This document shows, in pieces, positions 1 through 7,749 of a stretch of 24,522 bases of DNA. The DNA comes from Folioceros fuciformis (taxonomy: Eukaryota). The notes under the pieces are model-generated. The model was not told the origin of the DNA. It saw nothing but the letters and a program-made list of their open reading frames with translations, and made no database searches. The stretch lies in NCBI GenBank assembly GCA_049999805.1, contig JBNGIO010006113.1:62001-86522 (forward strand), in the 5' to 3' direction. Numbering within the stretch: the stretch's first letter is position 1; every line of letters begins with the position of its first letter. Position numbers and translations under genes: made by a program.

Positions 1-66
1 CGGGCCACTTGGTCTACATAATTTTCTCCAACAAGCTTGCAAGACTGACCGAATCTCTCCGGTTCC

Positions 67-357
67 TGTTAGAGATTCAATCCTCTAGTATATTAGGATA
101 TACTTAGGATATTGCACTCTCGAGTCTAGGGCTTACCTTCTCCATAATTGCCTAGCTTAAGGGCTATATATGTAGCACCCTATGCACCATATTGCCTTGT
201 ATTGTTGAGCCTATCTAAGCCAGTGGTGCTATTGCGTGTGCCATCCATAGCCTCTGCTTGTGTCTACTAATTGCATCCATAGCCTCTGCTTGTGTCTGCT
301 AATTGTGTTGATCCTATCCGTTGCCCAGGCTGTGTTGTGTCTGAGCTGTTTCTTTCA
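67..357 (+). repeat. 5' long terminal repeat (~291 bp)
   Basis: Starts TGTTAGAG at 67, ends ...TTTCA at 357 directly before the PBS, and has a TATA-like CTATATAT near 164-171. The 5' boundary is inferred from the TG start only, as no second LTR is available to compare. Confidence 0.7.
242..305 (+). repeat. 32-bp tandem duplication inside the LTR
   Basis: CATCCATAGCCTCTGCTTGTGTCT(A/G)CTAATTG twice (242-273, 274-305), one mismatch. Confidence 0.95.
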
Positions 358-369
358 TGGTATCATAGC
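358..369 (+). promoter_or_regulatory. Primer binding site complementary to initiator tRNA-Met
   Basis: TGGTATCATAGC, one mismatch from the canonical plant copia PBS TGGTATCAGAGC, directly after the LTR-terminal CA. Confidence 0.88.
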
Positions 370-1989
370 AGGAACACTAATCGTGAGACTTGATAAGAGA
401 GGATGGAGTTGTGATGGCGATGGACTTAATAACCACCGCGGCCTTGAGGACACGGGTGTTTGATGGAAAGGAGTTTCATGTATGGAAAAGGTCCGTGAAG
501 GTTTTGCTGATGGCAAAGGATGTGTATGTCATTGCTAAGGGCAAAGAGCCAAAACCCTAAGATGAGGGGAGAGAGTAAAGAGAATGGATGCAGAGAGACC
601 ACTAGGGTACAGCTCTCCTATATATGAATCTCTCTACGATAGTCCAGCTGAAGGTCGGAGAACCAGACAAGGGCACGGAGTACATTTGGAATCTTCTCGA
701 TTAGAAATATGGCTAGAAGGGAGTAGGTGAAGTATTTCACTTGTTTTGTCGTGTGACAAAATTGAAGTATTCAGACGGAGGCGATTTGCGAAAGCACATC
801 GACATCTTTCACGAATTTTTTACAGCGCTAACATCAGCTAGCGAGCGCTTTGCTATCCATGAGGACATACAGAAGATGTTTCTATATCGTTCTATGCCCA
901 AAGCTTGGTCAGGGTTCATAGATTTCCTAATAGCCCAAAACACTCTCACATGGGAGGAGGTCACCTCTAAGATGTTGGTGAAGGAGACTTGCCAATTGGA
1001 CACAATGGCAAGATTTTCAATAGGTCCGGAGCATGCGATGTTCATCAAGGGGAAGGGATGGAACAACCGGAACAAGGACAAGCAGGGGGAGTCCTCGCAG
1101 GGACAGAAGGACAAGAGAATAGTGAAGAGGGGACAATGCCGGAAATGCTTCAAGTATAGTCATTATGAGAAGGATTGCAAGGATCGGAAGACCGCACATC
1201 TCATGGAGGGTGAGAGTAAAGGTGAGGTTGTAGAGGCAAGGCTCGCAAAAGAAGTATCGCACGTGTGCTACAATACACAAGCGAAATGATACCTGACGAT
1301 AGATTCTGCATGTGCATCCTTTATGGTGAAGGATAAGGAGCTCCTTCAAGACTAAAGGGGGGAGAAGATAGCGGTGCACCTAGGGAACGATAGTGAGATA
1401 AGCGTCGAAGGTGTGGGGGGATACAGGCTCAGATTGCTGGACGGCGAGGTCAAGGCAATGGAAGGAGCGCTGTTTGTACAACACCTACGTAGAAATCTCA
1501 TGTCCATGGCACCATGGACCGATGGAGGTTTGAAAGTCCTTTTTACGAAGAAGGAAGTTTTGTTTCTGAAGACTGGTCAGATGCACGGCGATGTGGTGGC
1601 AAAAGGTTACTGTACAGGGAACTTGTAACAGATGGAGGTTTTGACAGTGTCGGAGAAAGGTGGAAATGCCTTACTGTGGCATAGATGATTTGGGCATACC
1701 AACTTGAAGTTTCTCCTAGAGATGGAGCGGAAGAAGCTTGTGACAAGAATGAAGCTTCAAAAGGCAGAACTTGGTCTGTGTGACGCTTGTATGAGAGGCA
1801 AGCATTCCCGAAGATCTTATATTTCAATCACGAAGAGAGGAAAAGAAGTCTTGGAACTTGTCCACTCTAATCTTTGCGGACCGATGCAAGTGGAAGCAAG
1901 GATGATACATGCAAGATACTATATTTTGTTTATCAATGACTACAGCAGAGAACAGCGGTGTACTTCCTGCGGACGAAGAGTGACGCTCT

Positions 1990-2039
1990 CCAAACATTTC
2001 AGATGTTCATAGCGCCAAACATTTCAGATGTTCATAGCG
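1990..2039 (+). repeat. 25-bp perfect tandem duplication in integrase (frameshifting)
   Basis: CCAAACATTTCAGATGTTCATAGCG twice (1990-2014, 2015-2039). Confidence 0.95.
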
Positions 2040-2362
2040 ATTGCGGAGAAACAAACCGGATAGAAGTAGAAGAAACTTCGAACTAATGGGGGAGGAGAGT
2101 ATTTGAGTAAACTCTTCAAGGATGAATGCACAACGGCCGGAATTGAGAGGCAATTGACGACAAGGTACACGCCGCAATAGGCAAGGATTGCTAAACGGAA
2201 GAATTACCATCTGCAATGGCACTAGGAGTATGCTAGTGGAAAGCAGGATGCCAAAATATTTTTGGGCAGATGTAGTGGAAGCGGTGGTACACGTAGGGTC
2301 AATTACCATGGCGCTAGGTGGCTCGATGACACCCATGAAGCTTGGTTTGGTGAGAAACCAAA

Positions 2363-2399
2363 TGTCTCACACTTGAGAGTGTCTCACACTTGAGAGTGT
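2363..2399 (+). repeat. 17-bp perfect tandem duplication in integrase C-terminal region
   Basis: TGTCTCACACTTGAGAG twice (2363-2379, 2380-2396) plus TGT. Confidence 0.95.
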
Positions 2400-2506
2400 T
2401 TGGCTGTGTAGCATACGTGCATGTTCCTAAGCAACTGTGGAAGAATTTGGACGACAAAAGCATAAGTGCAGCTTCATTGGTTATGCGAATGAGCGAAAGG
2501 CTTGTG

Positions 2507-4367
2507 GGACCCCGTAACCGGTCTGCCATGAACTTGGATCTCTTCTGGGAAGGGAAAAAGGTGGCAATCAGGGAACCTCACTTCATGCTTTACAACGATT
2601 TCTGTGCGGGACTGCGGGTGGATCATCTGGACGACTCGTTGCACACCATCCGGCCACGCCTCTAGTGAGTACGGCAAGCTTTCTGAAGTACCTTGAGGTG
2701 ACGTGGACACTGGGGAACTGCTACTTCGCTGCAAAGTCTTGGAGGGGAGCCAGAGCTTCCTACGAGAAGTGCCTGGTTGCATGTCAATCCGCGTCAAGTC
2801 CACATCTGGAGCCTATGCTTCGCAAGCTTGCTCCCTCCAACCGAGCAGAAACAACGTTGCGCTTGGGTGAGCTCAGCATAGCTCTTAACGATGCTGAGCA
2901 GGCCTTAAGTTTGGATCCGAGTCACGAAGAAAGCATGCTCCACAAGGCCAAGGCTCTTTTCGGGCAGCGACGCTTCGGGGAAGCTGTGACTTGCTTGGAG
3001 GCCCTGCTCAAGCGATTGAAAGCTCAGCCTAGCAAGTCGGGGACGCGTCCCATCCAGCACAAGCTGATTCAGGAGGCTCTTACAGAGCCGGGAACGTTGG
3101 ATAAGCAGAGCCGGTTGCCAATGGTTGTGTATAACCCACCTATCCCCTTGCCACGCTATGATCAGTCCGAAGGCTGTGCTCCCCTGTGCAGTCAGTGTGT
3201 GGGGCCTGTAGTGGTCAGGGAAGTGAAAGGCGACGAGGAGAGAGTGCTTGGCCGTGGATTGTTTGTCACTAGAGATGTGCGAGAAGGGGAGCTGCTGCTT
3301 GTCAGCAAGGCTCTGGCAGTGGCGAAATGGGATCACACACACGAGGCCCCGGACCCGACGAAGGGGACGTTATGCGCGTCATCGAAGATCTGGTGACGCA
3401 GCTGGTGCGGGTCGCATCGGCGTCTCCTCGGAAACTGCTGCAGCTCTACACTCTTTCAGATGGCACTAGCCACCCACGGGTGCCTGCAATGACCCTCTAC
3501 AAACCTCCAGTAGGACTCGGACTCGTAGCCGCACGCTCAGGTTTGGCGCAGGAACCAGACCAGTTACCCGAGATCGATGAGGATCGAATCCGTCGCATTG
3601 TGAAAGTTAATGGCTTCGTGAACAGCGCATCCAGTCAGGTGTTTGGGACCCCACCAGCCATTCGTGGTGACACCTCCAGCCTGCCGTCGGCTAATGGTTT
3701 ATGGGACCTGCCTTCCATTTTGAACCACTCCTGCATCCCCAATTCCTTCCGGCGGACTCTACGAGATACCATGTTTGTGCGGGCATTCCGTGACATTTCT
3801 GCAGGGGCAGAAGTCACAGTCCCCGAAGTTCACATCAGACTTCACATCCGGGAGCCGGTGCAGGTGAGAAACATGGCCACCAGAGGTATGGACGGCATGG
3901 GCTTTATTTGCTGCTGCCCGAGATGCTCCTTCGAGCGAGTCATGGTTGCAAAATTTCCTCCGGCCAATAAGAGTGTCGCGTACGTTAACACACCTGACCA
4001 GGATTCACTATTAGAGCTTCCCCACCCCGCACATGCCAGCATTGTCTTAAAGTTACAGGAAGTCCTTCTGGCATTCGAACCCAAATACTGGAACCCGACA
4101 AAAGGCCTGGGTCATCAGTCTGCCACTGGGTCACACTGCTGCTACTACATCAAGGTGAGGCTGCACAACGAGATCAGCCATGGTCATGGATGCTGAACTA
4201 CTGACCTTCGTTTTCAACCTTACGATCTCACTCCGACATCGTCATCATTGGACTCTGTCAAACTGGGCTGTATGCCGCGAGCTGTAATCACCCTGTCCCA
4301 GCTGTATCAGGACGTTAGAGTTCCTGCTGCGAGAATCTGTAAATGCCTGTTTGGACCCTGGGAATAA
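2507..4367 (+). pseudogene. TPR + SET-domain methyltransferase pseudogene (ATXR1/SDG35-like architecture)
   Basis: Spread over three frames: GKKVAIREPHF...GLRVDHLDD; TPR helices (LGNCYFAAKSWRGARASYEKCL, SNRAETTLRLG..ALNDAEQALSLDPSHEESMLHKAKALFG); SET-N GRGLFVTRDVREGELLLVSKA; SET-C LNHSCIPN..MFVRAFRDISAGAEV; post-SET GFICCCPRC. Frameshifts at ~2634 and ~3330-3390, TGA at 4194, possible C-terminus AARICKCLFGPWE* ending 4367. Confidence 0.8.
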
Positions 4368-4936
4368 ACCTGAACGCAGTTCAGAGTCACCCCAGAGAGC
4401 CTGTCATGCTAGATGGGCTCATCTCAGGAAAGTGCACTCTACAGTGTCATCCCCTAGGTAGGCAACAGAAGAGCTTGAAAGTTTGGCAACTTCTCGCCAC
4501 CCAATCGTATCACACTCTTAACTAAATAGGAAATGGATGATGTACATACCACACCACCTAGCTAGTACACTTGTATGTTTCCGCAGGATCACAGATAGAC
4601 GTAACCAGAATCCATTCGTCGGGGAAACTTGGCTGAAATGGCGGCTTGTGGGATGCACAGGGCATGCTGGTGCCATAAAACAAAAGAGATGAGCGACGAG
4701 GTGCGTGCGCATCGACCAGTGTGACAAAAAAGATCAACTTGTCAGCCCTGATTACATACCTGGATGAGTGCCAGACAGGTGGGCAGCTCACTGGAATCGG
4801 AATTCCGTAACATCACTTCCGGGGGCAAGGTTACACCTTCACACAGGTGGACACCTGGCCATGGCCACAACCTGAGTGACAGGGTTGTGCCTTTACTGAT
4901 AGCCTGTGAAGACACGAACCTTGAGAAGACATTCCC

Positions 4937-6478
4937 TCAACCCCACACACAGATGACACCACTCTTATCTGCTGTAGCCAGAGGCTTTCCCACGCCACTC
5001 CATGCACACGAGAGCACAGAGCTCTTGTGTTCCTTGAGAGCCCTGTCACACACAGCAGCTTTGTCCTTCCACAGATACACAGTCCCGTCTGCCGATCCAG
5101 CCACCACGTGCTTCTCATCAGGACTCATGCATGAACGTGACCAGTTGGACGCAACCTGGAATCCCGGACTTCTAAACGAGGCGCGGACTGCAAAGGTCCG
5201 GACATCGAACACATTGTTGATGTTGTCCCTGCCTGTAGTCAAGAGACTTCGCCCGCTCCTTGACAGGGAAACCGAGGATATCCCGTTGTTGTTGTGAGCA
5301 ACAACTTCATTTGCCAGCTTCCCTGTTCGGGCATCCCAGAAACGAAGGTTACCGTCAACGTGCCCTGAGCAGAAAATGTTTCCCTCCATCGTCACACACA
5401 AGGAATTACAATTACTGTGGCACATGAGTGTAGTGATACCATAGCCCTTGTTCAGATCCCACGTTTTGATAGTTCTGTCGTGGGCAGCACTGACAGCTCG
5501 CGAGTGGCTGGTCTTGCTGAAATCCACAGTCACCACTTTGTCAGCGTGCCCTGTCAACGTGTGCCTGATCCGCCCAGTCTGCAAATCCCAAAGGAAAAGC
5601 TTGTGGTCACTGCAGGCAGCCAGAAGATGCCTGTTGTCCGTGGACATGGAGAGAGCAAGCACGGAGCCAAGGCAGCCTCGCAGAGTATTCAAAGCGACCC
5701 CAGAGCCAGCATCCCATAACTTGATCAGTCTATCGAATCCGCCACTGAACAGCGTGGAGCTGCTGTGCTCATACAGCAGGACAGTGCAGCTGCCATCATG
5801 CGCATTTGCGAAGGTATGGCGAACCTTGGTGGGACTGGCTCCCGGCTCCACATAACTGTCTGCCCCGAACTCGGAATTCCGCACAATTCCATCAACCTGC
5901 TGCCTTGCCAGCTCCTCCAGCTTTCCTGCCTTCTGCTCCCGGATCATCTCCAAGTATATCTCGTTGGCCTCGTTCATCCTGTCCGATTCCCGCAACTTCA
6001 AAGCCATCCACCGATCCACCAGCGACTTGTTGTCCGCCATGACCCGCTTCAGCTCCGCTTCCTGCTCCTGCAACCGCTTCTGCAGCGCCTGCCGCTCCTC
6101 CTCCCCCAGTTCCACCGCCTTCCTCGTCTCATCTAGCGCTTCCCTCAAGTCCGCCAGGCTGGCTCGAGCCTCCGACGCCTCCTTCTCCCGCTCCTCCGCC
6201 CGAGCCTCCTCCTTGGCCAATTGGGCCTTCAGGGCAGCCACAGACTGCACCTCCTGCACCAGCTGCTCGGATGCCTGCGCGTTGGCCCGGTAGAGCTGGA
6301 TCACCTCCTGCTGCAGGCTCTCCACCTTGCTCTCCAATTCTGCTCCCCTTGAATTGAAGCCCGCCAGCAGCGCAGTGAGCGCCGGGGCATGGGCTCCTTC
6401 TTCCACCTCGTGCCGCCTCCTCAGGGACCTGCAGGCCTCCAAGATCGCCTTGAACGCCCTCTCCTCCATGGTGCGCAT
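4937..6478 (-). CDS. ATG16: Autophagy-related protein 16 (N-terminal helix, coiled coil, WD40 propeller); single exon
   Basis: LRRRHEVEEGAHAPAL and DNKSLVDRWMALKLRESDRMNEANEIY match plant ATG16, followed by WD40 repeats (GGFDRLIKLWD, GHADKV, HDRTIKTWD, GHVDGNLRFWD). First ATGs are at 6478 (MRTMEE) and 6469; the ORF-track start at 6511 is not ATG. Confidence 0.93.
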   Translation of the reverse strand: MRTMEERAFKAILEACRSLRRRHEVEEGAHAPALTALLAGFNSRGAELESKVESLQQEVIQLYRANAQASEQLVQEVQSVAALKAQLAKEEARAEEREKEASEARASLADLREALDETRKAVELGEEERQALQKRLQEQEAELKRVMADNKSLVDRWMALKLRESDRMNEANEIYLEMIREQKAGKLEELARQQVDGIVRNSEFGADSYVEPGASPTKVRHTFANAHDGSCTVLLYEHSSSTLFSGGFDRLIKLWDAGSGVALNTLRGCLGSVLALSMSTDNRHLLAACSDHKLFLWDLQTGRIRHTLTGHADKVVTVDFSKTSHSRAVSAAHDRTIKTWDLNKGYGITTLMCHSNCNSLCVTMEGNIFCSGHVDGNLRFWDARTGKLANEVVAHNNNGISSVSLSRSGRSLLTTGRDNINNVFDVRTFAVRASFRSPGFQVASNWSRSCMSPDEKHVVAGSADGTVYLWKDKAAVCDRALKEHKSSVLSCAWSGVGKPLATADKSGVICVWG

Positions 6479-6681
6479 CCCGCCTCTGTGAGGCACTACA
6501 GGACCACGCAATCCACAGGGACAGGGACAACCCTAGCTTCAGATCGGAGTCCGACACTTCCCCTTTCCAGAAAATTAGAGGGTGGGAACGGATTCTTCAC
6601 CGATGCTGTTAGCCAGGAGCAGGAACAGGAGCACTTGCAGCAACTTCCCCTTTGTGGAGCCTATCTGGTGGTGGGACAAAT

Positions 6682-6743
6682 AGACGAGACCAGACGAGAC
6701 GAGACGAGCAGAGCCGAGGCGAGACCAGACGAGGCGAGGCGAG
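6682..6743 (+). repeat. Degenerate pentanucleotide (AGACG/AGGCG/AGACC)n microsatellite upstream of ATG16
   Basis: agacgagaccagacgagacgagacgagcagagccgaggcgagaccagacgaggcgaggcgaga. Confidence 0.85.
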
Positions 6744-7315
6744 ATGGGAAGCGCTCTCGCGCCCGGCTCGATTTCAATCATGCTCCAGCCAAATGATACA
6801 GATGAACAGGTTCTTTTGTTGAATTCGCGTTTGGGTCATGGTGCCTCTCCTTACAACGCCACCTCGCCAATGGAGTCGTAACAAGCAGGTAATGGACTAT
6901 TTGGTAGCCGCAGACAGAGACGTCCGTTTTCCATCAAGTCTGGTGTGGGGCTCAAACTGTGAAAAGGTCCTCCGTAACAGGAGACTTTATTGGTGCTTGA
7001 CAAGCTTCCAAAGTAAGCTCCTTGCATGTCTCGTGCAAAGCAGGCATGAACGCAAATGTGGCAGTAAGCCTCAGTATAAAAAGGGCCACTGGCTTTCTCT
7101 ACACCCAGCTCAAAACTGAGCTCCTCCTCCGGCAATGTGTAAGAGTGTCCGCAGAGCCTTCGGCTTTGCCCTAGGGCTTTTCCGGATCCCGCAATGGGTG
7201 AGTGTCCTTGAAGTCCGTGAAAAATCCATCTACCCCAAAAACAGAGGAAAAACGCAACCGGGCACAAAGAGGCGTGGTAGGCCAATTCCCTGGTGGACAT
7301 GGGACGAAAAAAGTG

Positions 7316-7623
7316 GCCCCTTTCCCGAAGCTGGGTGGAGCTGCTTCCCATGCTGAGGGCTAAGACAGCAGCATCTGCCTAATACAAGGCAACCAAACGT
7401 CTTGCGATTGGCTTATGCCCTCAAGCTGCATGCCTGCACACAGAGCTAGAGCTTCTGCCCCGGGGCCCCCGCCGTGTAATCAGGTAAGCCCATGCCAGTA
7501 CGCTTCTTGTGGGCAACTGTCAAACACCCTGCGAGCCTCATTCAAGCCTCCACACTTGAGGGCACGGTTCACCAGGCTACTCATGAGACATGTGTCCGTC
7601 TTGACCACACTAGCTTGAATGTG
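7316..7623 (-). pseudogene. Degraded PLS-class PPR fragment (about L-S-P-L)
   Basis: Across frameshifts it reads HIQASVVKTDTCLMSSLVNRALKCGGLNEARRVFDS / AEALALCAGMQLEG / ANRKTFGCL..GKQLH / LRERG. This is collinear with DIQASAVKPDIFVGNSLVCMYAKCGSLGDARKVFDS...REALALYAGMQHDG..ANRVTFICL...GKQLH..IRERG at 13561-13884. Confidence 0.85.
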
Positions 7624-7749
7624 TCTCGATGACCCTCCTTGCTCACGCAAGATGCTGTGCAGAGGCACAATTCTTTCGTGTCTCGGTCTCCTTTGCCGGT
7701 GATAAGTCTGATTTAAGCTCTTCCTTTTTCACTCTGAACGTAACCTTTG

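Larger units (their letters stand above)
67..2506 (+). mobile_element. Ty1/copia LTR retrotransposon, decayed and 3'-truncated (5' LTR, PBS, gag, protease, integrase; no RT/RNaseH or 3' LTR)
   Basis: TG...CA LTR followed by a tRNA-Met PBS. Gag with zinc knuckle CRKCFKYSHYEKDC, protease IDSACASFM, GAG-pre-integrase LWHR*FGH...CDACMRGK, integrase LELVHSNLCGP/YILFINDYSR/GGEY/TPQ*, and C-terminal FGCVAYVHVPK..LDDKS..CSFIGY. Protease-then-integrase order is copia-type. Similarity stops at about 2506. Confidence 0.93.
414..2506 (+). pseudogene. copia gag-pol pseudogene
   Basis: ATG at 414 (MAMDLITT...FDGKEFHVWKRSVKVLL) is in frame with ORF 741-1289. In-frame stops at 558, 576, 603, 702, 714, 1287 and 1686, a further stop at 2178, and several frameshifts in the integrase. 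Confidence 0.9.

Noticed and set aside
260-463. 67-aa Cys/Leu-rich ORF resembling a secreted peptide
   Set aside because: Non-ATG start, lies across the LTR and PBS, and its periodicity comes from the 32-bp duplication.
2665-2670. GTGAGT as an intron donor that might rescue the TPR-SET frame
   Set aside because: The first TPR starts under 50 nt later with no good acceptor; a 1-nt deletion near 2634 explains the frame change more simply.
4343-4930. Several 60-77 aa ORFs between the SET pseudogene and ATG16
   Set aside because: No recognisable motifs; this is probably 3' UTR or intergenic sequence between convergent genes.
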